A DNA stretch of 64,000 nt, taken from IMG/VR virus record IMGVR_UViG_3300032311_001250, positions 14,443 through 78,442 of that record; one strand, 5' to 3'. Source of the DNA: a virus. A model generated the notes under the pieces. It saw nothing but the letters and a program-made list of their open reading frames with translations. It did not search any database and was not told the DNA's origin. The translations under genes and the position numbers were made by a program. Below, in pieces: positions 55,973 through 63,928 of this stretch; within the stretch, counting starts at the first letter, position 1, and the number at the start of each line of letters is the position of its first letter.

Positions 55973-56180
55973 TTGGCCGTACAGCGAAACTGATGTGTTG
56001 GACTTCGCGCACGCTCTCGTTCGTGGCGGGTTCAGGTGGCAAGACGATAGCGAGGACAGGCTTCACGCTATCCTTGATGTCGTTGATGAGGCGTACAAGT
56101 GGCGCGTTGAGCTTGACGCTTGGGTGGCTGCCGGTCGCCCAGAATCGTTTGACCTGAACGAGGTCTTGACTCAGGCCTAG
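55959..56180 (+). CDS. Hypothetical protein
   Basis: RBS GAGGA; operon context. Confidence 0.68.
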   Translation: MRLFDWPYSETDVLDFAHALVRGGFRWQDDSEDRLHAILDVVDEAYKWRVELDAWVAAGRPESFDLNEVLTQA

Positions 56181-56237
56181 CGTCGGGTGTAGTCTGGCGT
56201 AGCCGGCACTTGCCGGTATGGAAGGAAGGAGTATCTG

Positions 56238-56480
56238 ATGAGCCGTGATGTGAACGAGATGATGGAGCTTCCCTTTGAGAAGTTCATTGAGGCCGTATCG
56301 CGCAAGGTTGAGGTGAAGGTTGGCCTCTCGGCTGATGACCTGCCCGACATTGCGTTTGACGACTTCTACCCCGGAGAGCGCGCTACCTTCGGCGACTATA
56401 AGAGCGCGATTGCGGAGTGCGCGGTCTACCTCTTGGAGTCAGCAGGGTATCCGCTTGATGAGGAGAACGATAATGCGTAG
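56238..56480 (+). CDS. Hypothetical protein
   Basis: Own promoter TTGACT-N18-TAGTCT; GLSADDLPD. Confidence 0.78.
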   Translation: MSRDVNEMMELPFEKFIEAVSRKVEVKVGLSADDLPDIAFDDFYPGERATFGDYKSAIAECAVYLLESAGYPLDEENDNA

Positions 56481-56646
56481 TTTGATTACGAAGGCCGAAT
56501 ACCTGCGCGAAACTGAGGCGTGGGTTCGGCAGCAGCGACGCGAGCAACTGCTCCGTCGCGCATTGTATCTTGCGGCACTTGCGGCATTGGTCGCGGTTCT
56601 GCTAGGCTGGCCTTGTACCGACGCGATGTGCGCGCCGGCAGGTTGA
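56473..56646 (+). CDS. Small membrane protein
   Basis: RBS GAGGAG; TM segment. Confidence 0.62.
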   Translation: MRSLITKAEYLRETEAWVRQQRREQLLRRALYLAALAALVAVLLGWPCTDAMCAPAG

Positions 56647-56661
56647 GAGAGGAGAGGACAA

Positions 56662-56943
56662 ATGGCACTTACAGGAACAGAGCAGTACGAGATTCAGGAA
56701 GCCGGATACCTTCGGATTGACCTTGACTCTGAGTCGTGGGTCGCGCTGATGAGTGAGGACAATGTGAACTTCGGCGGTACGCTGTGGAAGCTTGACCTTG
56801 ACGGCTACCACTACTCGCAGGGTTGTACCGCCGGCTATCCGGTACTCGGTCGTGATGATGACGCTGAGGCTATCGCGCGCCATCTTGCCGACTTCATCTT
56901 GATGGAGAACGGAGAGGAAGGCCGTTTCGTGCGCCCCGAATAA
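56662..56943 (+). CDS. Hypothetical protein
   Basis: RBS GAGGAGAGG; followed by terminator. Confidence 0.75.
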   Translation: MALTGTEQYEIQEAGYLRIDLDSESWVALMSEDNVNFGGTLWKLDLDGYHYSQGCTAGYPVLGRDDDAEAIARHLADFILMENGEEGRFVRPE

Positions 56944-57182
56944 TACGCCGGCGATCCTTTCCGCCGGTCTAACACCCCCTCGCAGCCGGGCATCTGTGAG
57001 GGGGTCTTTCTTTGGGTCATTTATCAGGCCGTACCTGTACCAGACCCCCAACCCCCCACGCCCCCAGCTACACGCTCGACTTGGACAGGCCGGCCTTAGG
57101 GGGGGTGTTGACTTCCGGCGTGGGTCGTGTATTCTCTCTGGTGTCGGGGCTTCCCGATGTAGCACAGGAAAGGAAGGAACCA

Positions 57183-57578
57183 ATGGGTAAGGCGGTACTG
57201 ATTAGCGTGGACGTTGCCGGTCGCGGCAAGGTCGAGGTCGTGGATTGGCAGGACAAGCCCGGCCTCTCGGAGCATTACGCGGCGATTGAGTGCGACCTCG
57301 TGGAGATTGCCGGCGTTGGTAAGTTCGGCGGCGTTCCGGTGGTGGTGTTCGTTGATGAGGAAGGGCTGCTCCGCAATGAGGTGCTGCTCAACCTGACGGC
57401 GTGCGACTTTCTCGCTGAGGCCACCAAGAGCGCGCCGGCGTACCTGATGGGTGGCGGCCTTGTTGGTCGTGCGCTTGTCCTGTTTGATGGGGGCAGCGAT
57501 TCGCGCGGCTTCTCTGACGCGGAAATGGTCAAGGTGAGCGCGCAGCTCGCAGCGGGGGGCTATCCCGTCGCGCATTGA
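57183..57578 (+). CDS. DUF3846-like protein (cassette)
   Basis: IECDLVE...VDEEGLL...N..A...LVG. Confidence 0.8.
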   Translation: MGKAVLISVDVAGRGKVEVVDWQDKPGLSEHYAAIECDLVEIAGVGKFGGVPVVVFVDEEGLLRNEVLLNLTACDFLAEATKSAPAYLMGGGLVGRALVLFDGGSDSRGFSDAEMVKVSAQLAAGGYPVAH

Positions 57579-57839
57579 CCTCTCCGGTTTTTCTCTGAGG
57601 CCGTCGGTGATCTGTGCCACCGGCGGCCTCTCCTTTTGTCGCTGTTTTTATCCGGTCATTATTAGTTCATTATTCAGGCCGTACCTGTACCGGCAACCCC
57701 TTACCCCACACCCCACGAGCGACATCTCACCCGCTACCGGTTGCGCTCTCCGCAACGGCGTTTGACTTCTGGCGCGGTAGGCCTTACCTTGTATCTGTTG
57801 CCACTTGGCAACGGCACAGGCACAGGAAGGAAGGAACAA

Positions 57840-58307
57840 ATGGACAACGCAACCGACTTGACCACTCCGGCGCAGAAGTGGGTTCAGAAGTACCTCGGCA
57901 ACCAGTCGCAGGGTGTCTGCCCCGCTTGCCGCCAGACGCTTCCGGCTGACGCGGCCTATCGCGTCTATGTTCGCTACGGCGACGGCGACGACCTTATCGC
58001 TTATGTGCCAACCTACGGCACCGCTCTTGCGGTTCTGATTGGTTGGGCTGACGACGAGCGCGGCGGCTCCTTCTGGGCGTACTATGAGGGTAGCGACTGG
58101 AAGACTATGACTCCGGCACAGGCGGCTACCTTTGCTGATAGTCCGGTCGAGTTCTCCAACTTCGTAGACGCTATGGGCGGCGAAACTTCGGCTATCGGTG
58201 CCGAGGTCTTTGAGGCCGTTGAGTCTGCGCTTTTGGATACGCCGCTGATTGGTGCGGTGTGGATTGACTCACTCCACAATCCGGTGATGCCGAGCGATTA
58301 CCGCTAG
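57840..58307 (+). CDS. Hypothetical protein (cassette)
   Basis: Own promoter, RBS and terminator; CPAC. Confidence 0.78.
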   Translation: MDNATDLTTPAQKWVQKYLGNQSQGVCPACRQTLPADAAYRVYVRYGDGDDLIAYVPTYGTALAVLIGWADDERGGSFWAYYEGSDWKTMTPAQAATFADSPVEFSNFVDAMGGETSAIGAEVFEAVESALLDTPLIGAVWIDSLHNPVMPSDYR

Positions 58308-58578
58308 GCCTCTCCGGTTCGGCTCCGAGGCCGTCGCCCCCATCTGTGCGGGGGTGGCGGCCTCTCCCTTTGTCCGGTAGAGCTCGCCACGGGCAACATT
58401 TCAGGCGGCCTATTACTGCGCGTTTATACCGCCCCCATACCCCACACCCCACACCCCACACCCCAGACTCGCCTACCGGCTGCGTTGCGTCTGGCGCGTC
58501 GCGGTTGCGTTCTGTCGTAGGGTCGGCTACTATCTACTCGTCGGCACTTGCCGATGAAGTAGTAGGGAGAAGGAACCT

Positions 58579-59070
58579 ATGACGGAACCAAAGGGGATGT
58601 CGTACGAGAAGGCCGTAGAAGCGGCGAGGAAGTCCGGCGGCAAGGTCGTCGTGCTGATGGCGTGGAGCGCGCCGACCACCAAGAAGCAGTTTGAGGAGCG
58701 CGCCAAGAAGGCCGCTGCTCGTGCTGCCACCCACCGCGCACTTGGTCGCGTTCAGACCACGGGCGAGCAGGTGGTTGATGAGAAGGGGCGCGTGTCGTTC
58801 CTGTTCCGCGTGGCCGGTCAGGTGAATCGTGATGTCCACCCTCTCGGTGTGTACCTCACCAAGAAGGGTGAGCCGTGCGTCAATCTGGTGCTGTCGGCTC
58901 CGACCGAGTACGGCTGGACTACGGCGTGCGAGTACGCCGGAGTTCCGGGTAGCGCGTGCGAGCGTCGCGCTGCGTTCCACGGCCACCGCGAGGTGAACCT
59001 CACCCGCCTTGTGTCGTGGATGATTGGCGGCGAGGAGCAGGTTGAGGAGCGGCCTCTCGGCGGCTGCTAG
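58579..59070 (+). CDS. Hypothetical protein (cassette), paralog of 62595-63059
   Basis: Collinear similarity over the whole length. Confidence 0.85.
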   Translation: MTEPKGMSYEKAVEAARKSGGKVVVLMAWSAPTTKKQFEERAKKAAARAATHRALGRVQTTGEQVVDEKGRVSFLFRVAGQVNRDVHPLGVYLTKKGEPCVNLVLSAPTEYGWTTACEYAGVPGSACERRAAFHGHREVNLTRLVSWMIGGEEQVEERPLGGC

Positions 59071-59395
59071 TCGCTCGCTCCGGCTCCGAGGCCGTCATCC
59101 CGTCGGGGGTGGCGGCCTCATCATTTCGTCAGAGCTTTTCACGGGCAACATTTCACCCCCCACACCCCCACACCCCCACACCCCCACCAATAGTTCAGGC
59201 CTCATTCATCATTCACTCATTACTCATTCACTCCTCACTCATTCCCCCCGCACCCCCACGAACTAACTAACTAACTAACTGACTGGCCGCTCGGTCGTCG
59301 TTCGGTTGGTGGCCTGTTGCGCTGTTGCCTACGCCCCGGTAAACTTGGGGTGTTCGGTGGCAATGCTCCACCGACGAGCACAGAGGAGACCAACA

Positions 59396-59779
59396 ATGGC
59401 CAAGAGTAATGAGAAGGCTACCCTCTCGGTAGTTCTCGGAGATGAGCAGGAAGGCGAGCGCAGCGGTTCGCTTTGGCAGCGGTCGGTGGTCGTTCGCCGG
59501 GATTCGGGCAATGGCGAGGTGATCCGCTATGAGGCCATCCTCTACGGTATGGCTGCGCCTGTGAACGAGGTTCATCTCTGGCAGGGTGGCGACGCCGCCC
59601 CGCTCCTCGGCGTTCTCCCTCTCGACTTCTGGGAGTGGACGACTGATGCCGAACTGATGGAGTGGGTGGCCTCGTGCTATCAGCAGAGCAGCGCGCGCTA
59701 TGAGCGCACTATCCGCAAGATGCGGACGATGGCGCGCAAGGCGTACACCGAGCAGAACGAGGAAGCCGCTCCCTTCTGA
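59396..59779 (+). CDS. Hypothetical protein (cassette)
   Basis: Promoter TTGCGC-N17-TAAACT; RBS GAGGAG. Confidence 0.78.
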   Translation: MAKSNEKATLSVVLGDEQEGERSGSLWQRSVVVRRDSGNGEVIRYEAILYGMAAPVNEVHLWQGGDAAPLLGVLPLDFWEWTTDAELMEWVASCYQQSSARYERTIRKMRTMARKAYTEQNEEAAPF

Positions 59780-59802
59780 ACGCTACCGGCGAACGGGCAA
59801 CA

Positions 59803-59836
59803 AGGCCTCACCCCTTCGGGGGTGGGGTCTTTTTGT
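59803..59836 (+). terminator. cUUCGg intrinsic terminator (similar ones near 60517, 61205, 62120, 63082)
   Basis: GC stem with CTTCGG loop and T tract after each cassette gene. Confidence 0.85.
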
Positions 59837-60180
59837 TGGTGCTATTCATCAGGCTATTATTCACCCCGTACCCCAGACCCCACACCCCAGACCCCAAGAA
59901 CTAGGCCACTCCGTCCGTCGTTCCATTCGGTCGCAGCTCGACGCTCGCCGGGATTCGGTCAGCGTCATTCATCATTCACCAGTTCATCATTCACTCATTC
60001 ATCATTCATTCATCATTACCCCTTACCCCACACCCCACGAACTACTTCTCTCTACTCTCTCTTCTCTCTCTCTTCTCTCTCCCTTCTCTCTCCTCTATGG
60101 TTCGGACTTGCGCTGACCGCGACCGGCCGCGTATACTTCGGGTGCCGGCAGTTGCCGGTGGCACAGAGAGGAGAAGACAG

Positions 60181-60492
60181 ATGACGGACACGGAGAAGAC
60201 GCTCTGGCTGGTCGAGGTGGTCTGGGAGAACGAGACGCACCGCTCGTGGCACGCTGGCCGGTCAGAGGCAACGGCAGCCCTGATTGCGCTGGCTTCGGAG
60301 TTGGCGGCGTACAACGCCGACACCGCCGACGATGCGCGGGAGTTCCTGCTCGATGACGAGCGTTCAGCCTGGGTTGATTGCACCGAGACGACGACCTCGG
60401 GCGTTTGCCCTAAGTGCGACGCGATGGCTGGCTGGACTGGCTCCTATTGCGAGCCGTGCGGCTACGAGTTCGGGGAGAGCCTCGACGACTAG
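60181..60492 (+). CDS. Hypothetical protein with C-terminal Zn ribbon (cassette)
   Basis: Promoter TTGCGC-N18-TATACT; CPKC...CEPCG. Confidence 0.78.
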   Translation: MTDTEKTLWLVEVVWENETHRSWHAGRSEATAALIALASELAAYNADTADDAREFLLDDERSAWVDCTETTTSGVCPKCDAMAGWTGSYCEPCGYEFGESLDD

Positions 60493-60821
60493 CCGCTGAC
60501 CGCTACCGGCCGCAATGAAGCCCTGCCCCTTCGGGGGTGGGGCTTCTTGTTGCCCGTAAACCGGCTCAGGGGCAATGGTTCGCGTCGCGCTGCGCGCTCT
60601 TGGTTGTGGCCGGTCGCGGTCATCATTCATTAGTCCAACATCATCAGTCATCATTCATCATTCATTACCCCACACCCCATTACCCCTAGCCCCAAGAGCT
60701 AACAAACTAAAGAATAGATTCCTGGACTCGGTCAGCATTCGCTTGCGCTGTTGCCCACTACCGGCTACACTCAACTCCTCGGACGCTATGCTCGGCCGAG
60801 TAGCACAGAAAGGGGAACGCT

Positions 60822-61178
60822 ATGTGGCGTTTCTTGGTCTTCGTACCTAAGCCCGACACCGGTAGCGGTCAGCGGGTCAATCTGGCGAGTGGGTGGTCGT
60901 ATGACGAAACCGAGGCCGACACCTTTGGTGATGTGATGCCCACCCTGCGCGGAATGATTCAGGCGGTCTACGCCGTCATTGAGATTGACTCGGTTCGTGA
61001 GTTCGGCCCTGAGTCCGACTCCGAGGAACCCGCTCCTGCTTGGGCTGTTGAGGTGATGACCGAGGCCGGGGTTGCTGGCCTGAACGGCTCGTGGGTTGAG
61101 TTGGACGGAAAGCCGTTGGCCTTCGTCGTAGCCGTAGAGGAGCCACGGAAGGTCTGGCCGACACACTTTGAGAGGTAG
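60822..61178 (+). CDS. Hypothetical protein (cassette)
   Basis: Promoter TTGCGC-N17-TACACT; RBS AAGGGG. Confidence 0.75.
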   Translation: MWRFLVFVPKPDTGSGQRVNLASGWSYDETEADTFGDVMPTLRGMIQAVYAVIEIDSVREFGPESDSEEPAPAWAVEVMTEAGVAGLNGSWVELDGKPLAFVVAVEEPRKVWPTHFER

Positions 61179-61610
61179 TCCTCTCCGGCTGAGGGCAACT
61201 GAGGCCACCCTCACCCTTCGGGGTGGGGGTGGTTTCTTTATGGCCTCACTCATCACCCCTTACCCCTTACCCCTCAGGCCTTACCCCGTACCCCTTACCC
61301 CACAAACTTCTAGGTGTTCTGGTATAGGCCTACTCGTTTCCGTGCCTCTCCGTCGTTCCTACGGGGTCGTTTCTCATGTAGCTTTGAGAATCTCAGCACC
61401 GGTAGCGGTCATCATTCATCAGTTCTCATTCATCAGGTCATCATTATCAGGCCATTACTTCGGGCGTACCCCTAGCCCCACGGACTACGACTTCATATGT
61501 GGTTCGGTCGTTGCGTCTGGTGCGTCGGGCTTGACGCTGCCCATGTCTCGATGTACTCTCTCGGTGTTGGGGTTGTCGGCACAGACCCGCCCTGACGAAA
61601 GGAGCGCCCT

Positions 61611-62096
61611 ATGGATAGGGAGAAGAACCAGCAGCGGCTCGTCGAGGTACGGGCAGCAATCGCAGCGGTCAATGAGTCGCTGACCGCTGAGGAGTTCGGT
61701 GATGCGGCACAGATGAACAGCGAGATGGGCGGCAATGCTCACCTCGTCGTGGTGCCAGCGGCGTTCTGGAATGACCATGTGTATCGCGACTGCGATTTGG
61801 ACTCGGTCGAGGTGCGGTCATCGGCTGCCGATTGGAGCAACGACGACGGCTCCTATGTCGTCTTGGTGATGACCGACGACTTCCTGATGGAGTTGGTCTC
61901 TGACGCTGCCCACTACTCGAACGGCTGGGGTGAGGACTACGAGCCCCTGATGGAGTCGGCACGCCGCGCCATCGTGGCGCTCTGGGAGCAGAAGCCCGCC
62001 ATCATGAAGGCTGACGCTGACGCTCGGGCGAGCCGCGACAATCTCCGCTGGTCGCTCGGCATTCAGCGCGATGATGTGGCGGTGATCACGGGCTAA
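61611..62096 (+). CDS. Hypothetical protein (cassette)
   Basis: Promoter TTGACG-N17-TACTCT; FWNDH..RD...ELVSDA.HY. Confidence 0.8.
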   Translation: MDREKNQQRLVEVRAAIAAVNESLTAEEFGDAAQMNSEMGGNAHLVVVPAAFWNDHVYRDCDLDSVEVRSSAADWSNDDGSYVVLVMTDDFLMELVSDAAHYSNGWGEDYEPLMESARRAIVALWEQKPAIMKADADARASRDNLRWSLGIQRDDVAVITG

Positions 62097-62594
62097 CCTT
62101 CGTCGAGCCTCGGGCAACAGGAACCCGCTCCCCTTCGGGGGGGCGGGTTTCTTGTTGGGTTGTGTCTGGTCATCGTGAAGGCCTTCACCCCTGACCCCGA
62201 ACGCTGACCGTTCATCGACATCATCACTATTGGTTCACTCATCATTCATCATCTACCCCTTACCCCTTACCCCTCACCCCACCATTTACCCCTTACCCCA
62301 CGAACTAGGACTCGTTCTCCGGCAAGAGTCAACCTTCGGGCTGCTCTGTCGAGACTCGGTCAATGAGCGCGGAGCTTCTTTTTCAGCCCTCATTCATCAT
62401 TCATCATCATTCATCATTCATCATCATCATTACCCCTCACCCCACGAACAAAGGGCCAAAGGCGGGCAATGTCGATGCGCGGGCAGCGTTGCGTCTGGCG
62501 GTTCGGGCTTGCGCTCTGGCTTCGGTGGGTGTATCTTTCTGGTGTCGGGAGCACAGAGGAAGCCACTAGGCGACCGCCCGACAGGGAGAACCAA

Positions 62595-63059
62595 ATGGGT
62601 ATGACCTACGAGGAAGCTCTGGAAGCCGCCAAGAAGTCCGCAGGGAAGGTGGTTGTCCTGACCTACTGGACTAAGCCGGCTACTGAGGCGGAGCGCACGC
62701 GCCGCATTGCCTCTGCCTCGATGCGACAGGCGGAGCACAAGGCTCTCGGTCGCGTCAAGACCGAGGCGGTCGCTGAGTCGGGTTCGGTACTGGTTCGCGT
62801 GGCTGGGCAGATCAACCGCGACGAGCACGCTCTCGGTGTCTGGGTCAATAAGAAGGGCGAGCCTTCGCTCTCGCTCGTCATCTCCGCGCCGACGGAGTAC
62901 GGCTACACGACCGCTTGCGCCTACGCTGGGAAGGCTGGGAGTGCGTGCGAGAATCGTCGTCCGTTCCACGCTCATCGTGGCGTGAACCTGACGCGGCTCG
63001 TGTCGTGGCTCATCGCAGGAGAGGAGCAGGTCAAGGCGGAGCCGCAGCTCGGCTGCTAG
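62595..63059 (+). CDS. Hypothetical protein (cassette), paralog of 58579-59070
   Basis: Promoter TTGCGC-N17-TATCTT; shared SAPTEYG.TTAC.YAG..GSACE.R..FH.HR.VNLTRLVSW. Confidence 0.85.
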   Translation: MGMTYEEALEAAKKSAGKVVVLTYWTKPATEAERTRRIASASMRQAEHKALGRVKTEAVAESGSVLVRVAGQINRDEHALGVWVNKKGEPSLSLVISAPTEYGYTTACAYAGKAGSACENRRPFHAHRGVNLTRLVSWLIAGEEQVKAEPQLGC

Positions 63060-63395
63060 TCGGTAGCCTTCGGGCGCAAGAATCCCGCTCCCCTTCGGGG
63101 GGCGGGTTTTTTGTTGGTTGCCTTTGTCTCGATTTTTCTGATTCACCCCTTCACCCCTTCACCCCTTACCCCACGGATTCACTCACTCATCACTCATTCA
63201 TCATTCACCTATTCACTCATTCATCATTCACTCGCTACCCCTGACCCCACGAACTAATGGGTAGGTAGGCACCGGTTGTGGGCAGCGTTCGGGGTCGGCC
63301 TCGCCTGAGCTTCCCTCTTGACTCCTGCCGTGGTTGCGGTATTCTCTATGTGTCGGGGGCAGGCACAGACCCGAACCGACGAAGGGAGAAACAAG

Positions 63396-63617
63396 ATGAA
63401 CAAGGCAGCAAAGGCTCTGATGGTGGCAATCATCGCCCTCGGTGCGCTGATCCTCGGCGCAGCGTTCGGCTATGACGGCGGGTTCGGCGTAGTGGTCGGC
63501 GGCACCGGATTTTGGGTGAGCCCAGGTATGGCGATCATCGGCGGGTTCGCGGGCTTCGGGCTCTTCGTGGCGGCGTGGATCGTAGGCGAGGAGATCGGGC
63601 TCTACCTGAGCAAGTAA
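63396..63617 (+). CDS. Small two-TM membrane protein (cassette)
   Basis: Promoter TTGACT-N16-TATTCT; hydrophobic. Confidence 0.75.
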   Translation: MNKAAKALMVAIIALGALILGAAFGYDGGFGVVVGGTGFWVSPGMAIIGGFAGFGLFVAAWIVGEEIGLYLSK

Positions 63618-63928
63618 ACCACAAGCCGCCCCGCCGTAGGGGCTGCCCCGCCTGAGCTAGTCGGCTCGGGCGGGGCTTCTCTTTGCCCCAACCCTGCTGC
63701 CCGTTCATCGACATGGCCGGGCGGGGTCAGCGCTGCGCAAACTTCAACATTTCACCAGATCCCCTCAACCCCTCTTCCTGTAAACAACAGCGAAGGGCAA
63801 TGCCTGGCCTGGATTTTTTTAAAAATACCCAAATCTTTCCATCACTCTCTTATTCAATACTTCCTTCACTCTATCCCTCTATCACTCCCGGGCGTGACTC
63901 CGGAGGTGACTCGGGATCACGCACAACG

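Larger units (their letters stand above)
54340..63260 (+). repeat. Dispersed intergenic repeat module (TCAT/TCAC)n-(NNACCCC)n-ACGAACTA in ten spacers
   Basis: C-run arrays start at 54371, 57045, 57697, 58432, 59156, 59244, 59864, 60019, 60668, 61256, 61469, 62188, 62256, 62433, 63146, 63238. Confidence 0.88.
46829..63345 (+). promoter_or_regulatory. Series of at least 16 sigma70-type promoters (TTGACN/TTGCGY-N16-18-TANNNT-like)
   Basis: -35 at 46829, 48177, 48515, 49372, 51734, 53134, 54465, 54939, 56166, 57108, 57762, 58505, 59317, 60108, 60743, 61531, 62509, 63318. Confidence 0.78.

Noticed and set aside
59822-62604. His/Ser/Pro-rich ORFs spanning spacers (e.g. 59822, 60575, 61168, 62230)
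   Set aside because: By-products of TCAT and ACCCC repeats. They lack SDs and cross terminators and promoters.
54340-63260. Spacer repeats as a CRISPR array or integron attC sites
   Set aside because: Repeats are degenerate and low-complexity, are separated by whole genes, lack attC-type inverted core sites, and no cas or integrase gene is in the window.
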